Assembly (NCBI GenBank): GCA_963709345.1
Contig: CAVPVX010000004.1
Coordinates: forward strand, 256,001 to 320,000
Source: an uncultured Actinomycetes bacterium
Lineage (GTDB): Bacteria > Actinomycetota > Thermoleophilia > UBA2241
Direction: 5' to 3'
Length of the DNA stretch: 64,000 nt
Both the position numbers and the translations under genes were made by a program. A model generated the notes under the pieces. It was not told the origin of the DNA, made no database searches, and saw only the letters and a program-made list of their open reading frames with translations. Positions 18,376-27,654 of the stretch are shown in pieces; within the stretch, counting starts at the first letter, position 1; every line of letters begins with the position of its first letter.

Positions 18376-19929
18376 ATGCTATTTCCAACGATCACATTCG
18401 CCGCCTTCTTCCTGCTGGTCTTCGTCGGGAACTGGCTGCTCATGCCCCGAGCGGCTCTGTGGAAGCCGTTCATGGTGCTGGTCAGTCTCGTCTTCTACGG
18501 GTGGTGGGAGTGGCGCTTCGTTCTGTTGCTCGTGCTCAGCGCCCTCGCCAACCAGTTCTTTGCCCGGCTGATCGACCGGACGCCGCCGGGAGCGGCCCGC
18601 ACGTGGGCTCTCGCCGGAGCCGTGGCCGCCAACCTCAGCGTGCTCGGCTGGTTCAAGTACTACGGGTTCTTCGTCACCTCGGCCGTCAACTTCCTCGGCG
18701 CCTTCGGGCTCAACGCCGATCTGCCGCTGCTGCGGATCGTCCTCCCGATCGGCATCTCGTTCCTGACATTCCGCGTGCTGAGCTACGTGATCGACGTCTA
18801 TCGCGGGAGCTTGCGGCCTGCCTCTCTACTCGACTTCTCGGTGTACGTCGCCTTCTTCCCGTACATCGCCGCCGGGCCGATCGCGCGAGCGTCCGAGTTC
18901 CTGCCCCAGCTCCTGTCGCCGCGAGACCCGCGGCGGGTGGACACGTCGCGTGCCTTCTTTCTGATCTTCGCGGGGCTCATCAAGAAGATGCTGATCGCCG
19001 ACTACCTTGCGACGCATCTGGTCAACGGCGTGTTCACGACGCCCGGCCAGTACACGTCTCTTGAGGTCCTTCTCGGGATCGTCGGCTACGCGGTGCAGAT
19101 CTACTGCGACTTCAGCGCCTATGCGGATATCGCCATCGGCATCTCGCTGCTCCTCGGGTTCAACCTGCCGGACAACTTCAACGCCCCGTACACGGCCGCC
19201 TCGGTGCAGGACTTCTGGCGCCGCTGGCACATGACTCTCTCGCGCTGGCTGCGCGACTACCTGTACATCCCGCTGGGCGGCAATCGCAAGGGCCGTGCGC
19301 GTACCTACGTGAACCTCATGATCACCATGGTGCTCGGTGGGCTCTGGCACGGCGCCGGCTGGCCCTTCGTCTTCTGGGGTTTCCTCTACGGCGGCGCGCT
19401 CGTCGTGGAACACAAGCGCGTCGACCGGCGCCGCGAACGCGCGGCGCGGCTGCAGCGGGATCGCGGGCAGCTCGCGGCCGTCGCTGCGTTCGAGGGACTC
19501 GTAGATGCCGCCCCGCCTGCCGTTGCGTCGCCGGGAGGTCCGGCGCCGGCGGCCGCAGGCCCTCCGGCGCTCGAGTACGACAAGCGCCCCTGGCGCGGCG
19601 CGGTGTGGCCGCGCATCGGCGTGTTCGCCTTCGTGACCTTCGCCTGGGTCTTCTTCCGCTCCGATACCTTCGCCGCCGCGCTCGCCGTGCTTGCACGGCT
19701 CTTCCAGGATTGGGGCGCGATTGGCGCCGCGGTGACCCCCGGCGTCTTTCTCGCCATCGCGGTCGGCGTCGGCATGCAGTACGTCCCCAAGTCCGTGTGG
19801 CAGCGCGGTGAGGCCGGCCTCTCGGTGCTGAACCCGGTCGTCCAGGGACTCGTTCTCGCGTTCGGCTTCCTGCTTCTCGACATACTCGGTCCGGTCGGTC
19901 CGGCCGCCTTCATCTACTTCGGTTTCTGA
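18376..19929 (+). CDS. MBOAT O-acyltransferase (AlgI/PatA/DltB-like), copy 1
   Basis: LPIGISF, FFPYIAAGPI, QIYCDFSAY, DFWRRWHMTLSRWLRDYLYIPLGG, GLWHGA, C-terminal FIYFGF. Confidence 0.93.
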   Translation: MLFPTITFAAFFLLVFVGNWLLMPRAALWKPFMVLVSLVFYGWWEWRFVLLLVLSALANQFFARLIDRTPPGAARTWALAGAVAANLSVLGWFKYYGFFVTSAVNFLGAFGLNADLPLLRIVLPIGISFLTFRVLSYVIDVYRGSLRPASLLDFSVYVAFFPYIAAGPIARASEFLPQLLSPRDPRRVDTSRAFFLIFAGLIKKMLIADYLATHLVNGVFTTPGQYTSLEVLLGIVGYAVQIYCDFSAYADIAIGISLLLGFNLPDNFNAPYTAASVQDFWRRWHMTLSRWLRDYLYIPLGGNRKGRARTYVNLMITMVLGGLWHGAGWPFVFWGFLYGGALVVEHKRVDRRRERAARLQRDRGQLAAVAAFEGLVDAAPPAVASPGGPAPAAAGPPALEYDKRPWRGAVWPRIGVFAFVTFAWVFFRSDTFAAALAVLARLFQDWGAIGAAVTPGVFLAIAVGVGMQYVPKSVWQRGEAGLSVLNPVVQGLVLAFGFLLLDILGPVGPAAFIYFGF

Positions 19930-21011
19930 TGGCCGACGACCGCCGCCGAGACGACAGACTGCCCTACGGCCGCCGCCGCCGCACGGCGGCCAGCGCGCTC
20001 GTGGCGATCCTCGTCGCCGTGGCGTTCGGCGCGTTGTTCAACGCGCCGGCCATGAAGAAGACGGCGCTCGAGCTGCCGTTCGGCGGCGAGCGCAGCTTCA
20101 GGCTCGCCGTGCTCGACCCGCTCACCGCCGTGAGCCACGGGCTCTTCCTGGACCGGCCGGCAAGACTCACCGCCCAGCTGCTCGGCAAGCCCGATCCTGG
20201 GCCGACGGCCGTGCCGGCCGTCGTCGTGACGACCCCGACGCCACAGCCGAGTCGCAGCGGCGCCCCCAAGCCTCCTCCCGGAGAGAGGCCGGTGCGCACG
20301 CCGTACAAGGGGCACCCGATGCACCTCTATATCGCCGGCGACTCCATGATGGGGCTTCCGGGGATGGCGCTCGTCAATCTGTCGAACAAGACCAGGCTCA
20401 TCAAGCCCCTGCTCGACTACAAGATATCGAGCGGGCTGAGCCGACCGGATTTCTTCAACTGGCCGGCGCAGCTCGAGGCGCAGGTCAGGGAGTTCGACGC
20501 GGGCGCCGTAGCCGTGATGTTCGGCGCCAACGACAACCAGGCGGTGCAGACGTCCTCGGGAAAGGTGTACCAGTTCGAGACCGCCGGCTGGAAGAAGGAG
20601 TACCGGCGGCGCGTGGCCGACGTCATCAGGCTGCTCTTCGACAGCGGCGCGAAGCGCATCTACTGGATCGGGCAGCCGATCATGCCCGACGCGGCGTACG
20701 ACCGGCAGATCAAGGTGCTCAACGAGATCTACCGGAGTGAGGTCGAGAAGGTCCCGGGGGTCGAGTACATCGATGCCTACAAGCTCCTGGCCAACGGCAG
20801 CGGAGCCTACGCGCAGTACCTGCGCGACGCCGCCGGCGAGATGCAGAAGGTGCGGGAGGCCGACGGCGAACACCTCACCTACGCGGGTGGGCTGCGCCTC
20901 GCCGGGGCGGTCATCGCCGCCATCAAGAAGGAGTGGTTCGCCGGGAAGCCGGGCGAGAACGCGGGTGAGTCGTCGCCGGCCGCGGCGACTACTTCCAGCC
21001 CCGCGCCCTGA
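19929..21011 (+). CDS. DUF459 / SGNH protein paired with MBOAT copy 1
   Basis: GDSM, SSGLSRPDFFNW, MFGAND, DGEHLT. Overlaps the MBOAT stop (TGATG). Confidence 0.88.
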   Translation: MADDRRRDDRLPYGRRRRTAASALVAILVAVAFGALFNAPAMKKTALELPFGGERSFRLAVLDPLTAVSHGLFLDRPARLTAQLLGKPDPGPTAVPAVVVTTPTPQPSRSGAPKPPPGERPVRTPYKGHPMHLYIAGDSMMGLPGMALVNLSNKTRLIKPLLDYKISSGLSRPDFFNWPAQLEAQVREFDAGAVAVMFGANDNQAVQTSSGKVYQFETAGWKKEYRRRVADVIRLLFDSGAKRIYWIGQPIMPDAAYDRQIKVLNEIYRSEVEKVPGVEYIDAYKLLANGSGAYAQYLRDAAGEMQKVREADGEHLTYAGGLRLAGAVIAAIKKEWFAGKPGENAGESSPAAATTSSPAP

Positions 21012-21120
21012 CGCCGGGGTCGCGGGGGCGGCTGCGTCTCCCGCGACCGCTGGTGTAGCATCGCCGGAGCAGACGGGGCCGCCTGCCGGCCCCGTGACAC
21101 AGTGACCCACAGGCGGCAGC

Positions 21121-22560
21121 GTGCTCTTCCCCACGATCACGTTCGCGATCTTCTTTCTCGTCGTCTACGCGGCAAACTGGCTGCTCATGCCCCGCCTGCG
21201 GCTTTGGAAGTGGTTCATCATCGCCGCAAGCTACGTGTTCTACGGCTGGTGGGACTGGCGCCTCGTGCTCCTGCTGATCGCTGCGACGCTCGTCAACCAG
21301 GCCCTTGGCGTCAAGATCCACCGCGCGCTTGGGAGGCGCGGCGCGCGCGCGGCCGCGCGCCGCTGGGTGGTCCTCGCGGTGGCGGTGAACCTCGTCGTGC
21401 TGGGCGTGTTCAAGTACTTCGACTTCTTCGCCGTCAACCTCAACGACGTGCTCGGCGCCCTGAGCCTCGGCGCGCCTCTCCCGCTCCTCCGCATCATCCT
21501 GCCGGTCGGGATCTCGTTCCTCGTCTTCCGCATGCTCACCTACAGCATCGACATCTACCGCGGCCAGCTTACGCCGGCGCCCACGCTGGATTTCGCCGTC
21601 TACACGGCCTTCTTTCCGTACTTGCTGGCCGGCCCCATCGCGCGAGCCCGCGAATTCCTGCCCCAGCTCACCACGCCGCGCGACCCGCGCGCCGTCGACT
21701 CGTCACGCGCCTTCGTGCTCATCCTCGGTGGCCTCGCCAAGAAGCTGCTCATCGCCGACTACCTCTCGACGCACATCGTGAACGGGCTGTTCTCCTCGCC
21801 GCAGACGTACTCGTCGTGGGAGGCTCTGTGGGGCATCCTGGCGTATTCCGTGCAGATCTACTGTGACTTCAGCGCCTACGCCGACATCGCCATCGGCATC
21901 GCGCTGCTGCTCGGCTTCGAGCTGCCCGCCAACTTCGACGCGCCCTACAAGGCGCGGACCATCCAGGACTTCTGGCGCCGCTGGCACATCACGCTCTCCA
22001 GCTGGCTGCGCGACTACCTGTACATCCCCCTGGGCGGCAACCGAAAGGGGCGCGGCCGCACCTACGTCAACCTGATCACCACCTTCCTGCTCGGCGGCCT
22101 CTGGCATGGCGCCGGGTGGACGTTCATCGTCTGGGGCGGCATGCACGGCGTCGGGCTCGCGCTCGAGCGCGCCCGCGCGGACGCGCGCCACGCGATGGGT
22201 GTTCCCGAGCCCGGCGCGACGCCGGGAGGGCGGGCGCTGCAGCGTCTCGCGGTGTTCGCCTTCGTGACGCTCGCCTGGGTGTTCTTCCGCGCCGAGTCCT
22301 TGGGCAACGCGTTCGCGGTGCTGTGGCGGCTGCCGGCCGGGCTGGGGAGCATCGGCGCGGCCGTGACGCTGCCCGTGGTCGGCCTGGTGGCGCTCGGGAT
22401 CGCCGTCCAGTACATCCCGCGCGGCTTCATCGACCGCATGGAAGTGGGGCTCAGCCGCGTGGGCTGGGTCGGCCAGGGGCTCGTTCTGGCCGCGGGCCTG
22501 TTCCTCATCGACGTGCTCGGCCCGCAGGGTCCGGCCGAGTTCCTCTACTTCAAGTTCTGA
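21121..22560 (+). CDS. MBOAT O-acyltransferase, copy 2
   Basis: Paralogue of copy 1 (MLFPTITFA start, DFWRRWH, GLWHGA) with C-terminal FLYFKF. Confidence 0.93.
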   Translation: MLFPTITFAIFFLVVYAANWLLMPRLRLWKWFIIAASYVFYGWWDWRLVLLLIAATLVNQALGVKIHRALGRRGARAAARRWVVLAVAVNLVVLGVFKYFDFFAVNLNDVLGALSLGAPLPLLRIILPVGISFLVFRMLTYSIDIYRGQLTPAPTLDFAVYTAFFPYLLAGPIARAREFLPQLTTPRDPRAVDSSRAFVLILGGLAKKLLIADYLSTHIVNGLFSSPQTYSSWEALWGILAYSVQIYCDFSAYADIAIGIALLLGFELPANFDAPYKARTIQDFWRRWHITLSSWLRDYLYIPLGGNRKGRGRTYVNLITTFLLGGLWHGAGWTFIVWGGMHGVGLALERARADARHAMGVPEPGATPGGRALQRLAVFAFVTLAWVFFRAESLGNAFAVLWRLPAGLGSIGAAVTLPVVGLVALGIAVQYIPRGFIDRMEVGLSRVGWVGQGLVLAAGLFLIDVLGPQGPAEFLYFKF

Positions 22561-22564
22561 GGGG

Positions 22565-23782
22565 GTGAAGCGGACGATGACCGACGACGACCTCTTCGTG
22601 TGGCGCGACCCGCGGTCGCCGGCGCGGGACGTCCCCCGGGCGGACGAGCCGCCGCCCGGGGACTGGCGCGCGCCGGAGTACCCCGCCGGCGCCGGCCCGG
22701 CCGGCCCGCCGGCGCCCCTCGACGGCTATGAGGTGGAGGAGGAGTGGGAGGAGTGGCTGGAGCCGGGCGGACCGCGCGGCCCCGAGACGCCCGGGCCGCC
22801 GCCCGGTCGCGGACGGGGGCGGCGCCGCCGTCACGCGTCCGCCGGCGCCGTTCTGCTCGCTCTGCTCCTCGGCTTCTTTCTCGCCGGCCTGCTCGACGCG
22901 AAGACCATCGAGACCGACGTCAAGGCCCGGCCGTTCGGCTCGCTGCGCAGCTTCCAGCTGGCGATGCTCAAGCCGATGACCGCTCTGAGCGGTCTGCTCC
23001 GTCTCGACCAGCCGGCGCTGGGGCTGAACGACCTTCTCGGGCGCGGCGAGGTCGAGCATCACACGCTCGCCGACGTCAAGCCGGCCAAGAAACCGCTGTG
23101 GCCGCGGACCATCACGAAGAAGAAGCCGCTGCGGCTCTACGTCGCCGGCGACTCGATGAACCAGGTCTTTGGATCGTCGCTCGTCAACCTCGCTGAGGAG
23201 ACGAAGCTCGTCAAGGGCAAGAACGACTACCACGTCTCCAGCGGGCTCAGCCGGCCGGACTTCTACGACTGGCCGCAGCGGCTCGTCGACCAGACCGTCG
23301 AGTTCAAGCCCGACGCGGCGGCCGTGCTCTTCGGCGCCAACGACGGCCAGGACGTGTACTACAAGGGCAAGGTCCTCAAAGTGGGGACCAAGGCGTGGCA
23401 GGAGGTGTACGCCAAGCGCGTCGGCAAGGCCATGGCCATCCTGACCAAGGGCGGGCGCAGGGTCTACTGGGTCGGCAACCCCATCATGAAGGACTACCGT
23501 TACCGCGAGCGCATCGCGATGATGAACCATGTCTACCAGGCTGAGGCCGAGAAGCGCCCGGGGGTGATGTTCGTCAGCACCTGGGCGGCGCTGGCGAACG
23601 AAAAGGGCTCCTACGCCGAGTACCTGAAGGACGACAACGGCGACCAGGTGCTGATGCGCGCTCCGGACGGCATCCACCTGACGCGCGCCGGCGGCGACCG
23701 GATGGCGCAGGTCGTGCTCGACGCGATCCTGAAGGACTGGGGTGTGAGCGCCTCCGGTTCGCCTGAGCCGGCTTCTCCCTGA
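22565..23782 (+). CDS. DUF459 / SGNH protein paired with MBOAT copy 2
   Basis: GDSM, SSGLSRPDFYDW, LFGAND, DGIHLT. Confidence 0.88.
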   Translation: MKRTMTDDDLFVWRDPRSPARDVPRADEPPPGDWRAPEYPAGAGPAGPPAPLDGYEVEEEWEEWLEPGGPRGPETPGPPPGRGRGRRRRHASAGAVLLALLLGFFLAGLLDAKTIETDVKARPFGSLRSFQLAMLKPMTALSGLLRLDQPALGLNDLLGRGEVEHHTLADVKPAKKPLWPRTITKKKPLRLYVAGDSMNQVFGSSLVNLAEETKLVKGKNDYHVSSGLSRPDFYDWPQRLVDQTVEFKPDAAAVLFGANDGQDVYYKGKVLKVGTKAWQEVYAKRVGKAMAILTKGGRRVYWVGNPIMKDYRYRERIAMMNHVYQAEAEKRPGVMFVSTWAALANEKGSYAEYLKDDNGDQVLMRAPDGIHLTRAGGDRMAQVVLDAILKDWGVSASGSPEPASP

Positions 23783-23998
23783 GCTGCGCGGCAGGCGCGG
23801 CTTCGGACCCGACGGCATGCCGGGCGCGTCGAACGTTCTCCACGCGTCGACAGGCGCGCGGTTCGAGCCGCGGGACGTCGGATGACAGGCGGTTCAAGCG
23901 GCGATCAGGATGATGCCGACGCGGCACGGAGGCGATCACGCCGGAGTGGTACGCTTGCGAGAGAGCCCGCACGGTCTCCAGGTCGGCTCGCATGAACC

Positions 23999-24358
23999 GT
24001 GGACGGACCCATCGACATCCCCGAGAGCGACGCCAAGCTCCTGGCCGACTGCGAGGTGCAGACCTTTCGCGCCGGCGGGCCCGGCGGCCAGCACCAGAAC
24101 GTCACCGACAGCGCCGTGCGGCTGAAGCACGTGCCGACCGGCCTGACGGTCACCTGTCGCGCCCAGCGCAGCCAGTACCTCAACAAGATGGACGCGCTCC
24201 GGCGGCTGCGCCTCAAGCTGGCGCGGCTCAACGAGCCGCCGCCGCCGCCGCGCCGCCCCACGCGGCCGTCGCGGGCCGCGAAGGAGCGGCGCCTCGCCGC
24301 GAAGTCGCGCCGCGCCGCCGCGAAGCGCTTGCGGCGCCCTCCGGCCGGGGACGACTGA
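23999..24358 (+). CDS. arfB: ArfB-like ribosome-rescue peptidyl-tRNA hydrolase
   Basis: [24 protein letters not shown], basic C-terminal tail [14 protein letters not shown]. Confidence 0.8.
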   Translation: MDGPIDIPESDAKLLADCEVQTFRAGGPGGQHQNVTDSAVRLKHVPTGLTVTCRAQRSQYLNKMDALRRLRLKLARLNEPPPPPRRPTRPSRAAKERRLAAKSRRAAAKRLRRPPAGDD

Positions 24359-24405
24359 CTCGCACCCCGTCGCCCGCCGCCGGCCGCCGTGTAGAGTAGA
24401 CGGCC

Positions 24406-25218
24406 ATGGCAGTGATCGTCGGCATCCTCCTCGTCGCCTTCGTCGCCGGCGTCTTCGGCAGCATGCTCGGCGTGGGTGGCGGCGTCATCATGGTGCCCGT
24501 GCTCAACCTCGCCTTCGGTGTGCCGATCAAGACGGCGATCGCCACCAGCATCGTCTGCGTGATCGCGACCTCCTCGATGGCGCAGACGTCGTTCGTTGCT
24601 CGCGGGATGACGAACATGCGCCTCGGAATGCTGCTCGAGGTCGCGACCACCGTCGGCGCCATCGCCGGCGGCGTGACCGCCGTCCTCGTCGATGGGCGTG
24701 CCCTCCAGGCGGCGTTCGCGGTCGTGCTCTTCTACGTCGCCTGGCAGATGAGCCGCCGGCGCGGCGACGCCGTTCCTGTCGATACGGGTGTGCTCCGAGC
24801 GGGCTACTACGACCCCGCCGAGGGCCGCGAGGTGCGCTACGGCGCTCGCCGCGTCGTGCCGGGGTTCGTTCTGAGCCTCGCCGCGGGCAACGTGTCCGGG
24901 CTGCTCGGCGTCGGCGGCGGCGCCTTCAAGGTGCCGATCATGAACCTGCTCATGGGCGTGCCGCTCAAGGCCACCATCGCCACCAGCAACCTGATGATCG
25001 GGGTCACCGCCGCCACGGGGGCCGCGATCTTCTACGGGCGCGGCTACATGGACCCGTACTGGGCGGTCCCAGCGGCGCTCGGCATCCTCGCCGGGGCCCG
25101 TCTCGGCCCGCGGCTCGCCGCGCGTCTCCGGGCAAAGGTCCTCGTGGTCGTCTTCGAGGCGCTGCTCTGTGTGTTCGGGGTGCTGATGCTGCTGCAGGCG
25201 GCGGGAGTCCTCTCGTGA
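24406..25218 (+). CDS. TauE/SafE sulfite exporter family
   Basis: GSMLGVGGG and SGLLGVGGG repeats, IATS motifs. Confidence 0.9.
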   Translation: MAVIVGILLVAFVAGVFGSMLGVGGGVIMVPVLNLAFGVPIKTAIATSIVCVIATSSMAQTSFVARGMTNMRLGMLLEVATTVGAIAGGVTAVLVDGRALQAAFAVVLFYVAWQMSRRRGDAVPVDTGVLRAGYYDPAEGREVRYGARRVVPGFVLSLAAGNVSGLLGVGGGAFKVPIMNLLMGVPLKATIATSNLMIGVTAATGAAIFYGRGYMDPYWAVPAALGILAGARLGPRLAARLRAKVLVVVFEALLCVFGVLMLLQAAGVLS

Positions 25219-25622
25219 GCGAGTGGCCGCGGTCACCCGCCGCCGAGTTGCCGGGGGGCGCCGGCGCGGCGCGACCGCGGCGTCACGTCATGGACGACGT
25301 CGAGCGTATGGTCAGCCGCGTGCTCACCGCCGGGATCGCCCTGAGCGTGGTGCTCATGGCGGTCGGGCTCGTTCTCGGCGCGCTCTCCGGAGACGGCATG
25401 TCTCGAGGCGTGATCCCGCTTCGCGACCTGCCGCGTGGGCTGGCGGCGTTTGAACCGGCCGCGTATCTCTCCCTCGGCTTGATCGCCCTCATCGCGACGC
25501 CGTTCGTGCGCGTGGCCGGCTCCATCTTCGCGTTCGCGCGTCAGCGCGACTACCGGTACGTGCTCGTCACGGCCACCGTCCTCGCGATCATGTGTCTGAG
25601 CGTGGCTCTGGGCAAGGCCTGA
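25215..25622 (+). CDS. DUF1634 membrane protein (usual TauE partner)
   Basis: LGLIALIATPFVRV...FARQRDYRY. GTGA overlap with the TauE gene. Confidence 0.85.
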   Translation: MSEWPRSPAAELPGGAGAARPRRHVMDDVERMVSRVLTAGIALSVVLMAVGLVLGALSGDGMSRGVIPLRDLPRGLAAFEPAAYLSLGLIALIATPFVRVAGSIFAFARQRDYRYVLVTATVLAIMCLSVALGKA

Positions 25623-25656
25623 GACGCGGCGGCTTCGCCGGGCGGCGCGTCGGTCG

Positions 25657-26916
25657 TCAGAGCGCGCAGGATGGACCGGCGTCAAGGCCGCGCACTGCCG
25701 CCGCGGCACGCCGCCCCGAGACCATCGCACCCTGGATCGACGCCGTGTCTCGGTGGTCGCCGCAGACGAAGAGACCGGTCCGCAGGCGCACCGGGCGCTC
25801 AGGCTGGGGTAGCGCCGCGGGCGGCTGTGCCGGCAGGGCGAAGGGTATCCGCCGCACTGCCAGCCTCCGCCAGGCATCCACCTGAGACCCGAACCAGCCG
25901 CGCAACTGGGCGCGGACCGCGTCGTCGAGAGCGGCGTCGTCGAGCGCCGGGACACCGAGGACGCTCGCCGACACGAGGGCGGCTCCCGTCGGCGCGTAGC
26001 TCGGCGCCACGTCGCTGGGAACGCAGAGCTCGTTCACCGGGCCGGTCCCGTCGCCGTCGAGCACCAGGATGGGCTCCCCGACGGGTGAGCGTTCGGCGGC
26101 GTAGTACAGGCAAGTCGTGGAGCGGGGAGCCGGCGCCTCGAAGACGCCGGTGAGCCGGGCGGCCTCCGGGCCGTCCGCCGCGACGACCACCGCCGGCGCG
26201 GTGAGCCGCTCGCCGCCGGCGAGCGTGACTGCGCCCGGCGCGACGCGCTCCACGGTGACGCCGCAGCGCACGGCCGTCTTCGGGAGGCGATCGGCCAGCT
26301 GACGCGGGATCGCCTGCATCCCGGCGGCCGGCAGCGCCGCCTCACCTTCCGCGAAGAGCTTGAACACATAGGCGAAGAGCCGGCTGGACGTCTGCAGTTC
26401 GGGGTCGAGGAAGACGCCGCCGATGAACGGGCGAAAGAACGCGTCGACGAAGTCGCGAGAGAAACCCTCGCGCCGCAGCGCCTCCGCGGTCGTCACCTGT
26501 GGCGCGGTGAGCAGTTCGTTCAGCGAGAATCGCGAGAGCCGGCGACGCAGCCGGGCGACGCGCAGCTTGTCGGTTACGCTGCCCGGTCCGCCGCGCAGAC
26601 CGCGCAGGGCAGTGACGGGGTGGCGCGCAGGATCGGCCACGCGCAGGAAGGCGCCCCGCCGGCGGATGAGCGCCCCGCTCTCGAACGGGCGCAGTCCGAG
26701 CCGCTCGTAGTCGAGGACGCGGCGTGCCTCGGGATACGCGGTGAGCAGCACCTGGAACCCGCGGTCAAGCAGAAAGCCATCCACGAGGTCGGTCCTCACG
26801 CGCCCGCCGGGGGAGTCGTCCCGCTCAAGCACCAGCACATCGGTACCGGCGGCGTGGAGCTCTCCCGCGCAGCACAGACCGGCGAGGCCGGCGCCGACGA
26901 CGATGACGTCAGTCAT
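25657..26916 (-). CDS. FAD-dependent oxidoreductase (flavin amine oxidase family)
   Basis: VVGAGLAGL, GGRVRTD, DRGFQVLLTAYP, CGDH...SIQGAMVSG. Confidence 0.9.
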   Translation of the reverse strand: MTDVIVVGAGLAGLCCAGELHAAGTDVLVLERDDSPGGRVRTDLVDGFLLDRGFQVLLTAYPEARRVLDYERLGLRPFESGALIRRRGAFLRVADPARHPVTALRGLRGGPGSVTDKLRVARLRRRLSRFSLNELLTAPQVTTAEALRREGFSRDFVDAFFRPFIGGVFLDPELQTSSRLFAYVFKLFAEGEAALPAAGMQAIPRQLADRLPKTAVRCGVTVERVAPGAVTLAGGERLTAPAVVVAADGPEAARLTGVFEAPAPRSTTCLYYAAERSPVGEPILVLDGDGTGPVNELCVPSDVAPSYAPTGAALVSASVLGVPALDDAALDDAVRAQLRGWFGSQVDAWRRLAVRRIPFALPAQPPAALPQPERPVRLRTGLFVCGDHRDTASIQGAMVSGRRAAAAVRGLDAGPSCAL

Positions 26917-27031
26917 GAGGAGGCGCTCCTTCGAGCGTTCTGCTCCGGGCCTTTCGCCGTACGGTCAACGTGGTCTCGTTTCCTCGCGGGGTAGTCGGAG
27001 TATACCCGGCCGCCGTTCGCCCCCGGCTCCC

Positions 27032-27060
27032 TTGCAAAGCCGTTCGTGCCTGAGTAGAGT
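27032..27060 (+). promoter_or_regulatory. Sigma70-type promoter
   Basis: TTGCAA-N17-TAGAGT upstream of the BlaI-family gene. Confidence 0.6.
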
Positions 27061-27187
27061 CGGGGCAAGGAAGCGTCCTCATCGACGGCGGCCGCCGACA
27101 CGACGCGGCGTCGGAACGGTTCTCGTACTCCAGGAGGGGACGCTTCATGCACATCCGATCCAGGCCCACGAACTCGGACGGAGGTCC

Positions 27188-27553
27188 ATGATGGCCGATC
27201 CCAAGCCTCAAGCATGGCGACGCCGCGACCGCAGCCGCGACCTGACCGGTCTCGGCTGGCTCGAGGCGGACGTCCTGCGGGTCGTCTGGGACAGGGGCGA
27301 GGTCACGGTCCGCGACGTGTACGAAGCGCTGCGTGAGAACCGGCGCATCGCCTACACGACCGTGATGAGCGTCTTGCGCAACCTGGCGGCCAAGGGCCTG
27401 CTGGAGCAGGACAAGTCGGCCGCCGCCTACGTGTACCGTCCCAAGGTCACCGACGAGGAAGTGGCGCGCGGCATCCTCGACGCCCTCGTCGACAAGATCA
27501 TGGGCGGTCGCCGGGAGCCTCTCATCGACTACCTGCAGCGCCCCGACGACTGA
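27188..27553 (+). CDS. BlaI/MecI/CopY family transcriptional regulator
   Basis: LEADVLRVVWDRGEVTVRDV, IAYTTVMSVLRNLAAKGLL, AYVYRP. Confidence 0.9.
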   Translation: MMADPKPQAWRRRDRSRDLTGLGWLEADVLRVVWDRGEVTVRDVYEALRENRRIAYTTVMSVLRNLAAKGLLEQDKSAAAYVYRPKVTDEEVARGILDALVDKIMGGRREPLIDYLQRPDD

Positions 27554-27654
27554 CGGCTCCGCGAGCGCGGCAGCCCCGGCCGGCGAGGGGGTCGGCGGCG
27601 AAGCTTCGGCTGCGGAGTCACACAGCCGTCCGCGCGCCTTGGCGGCGGCGCGCC

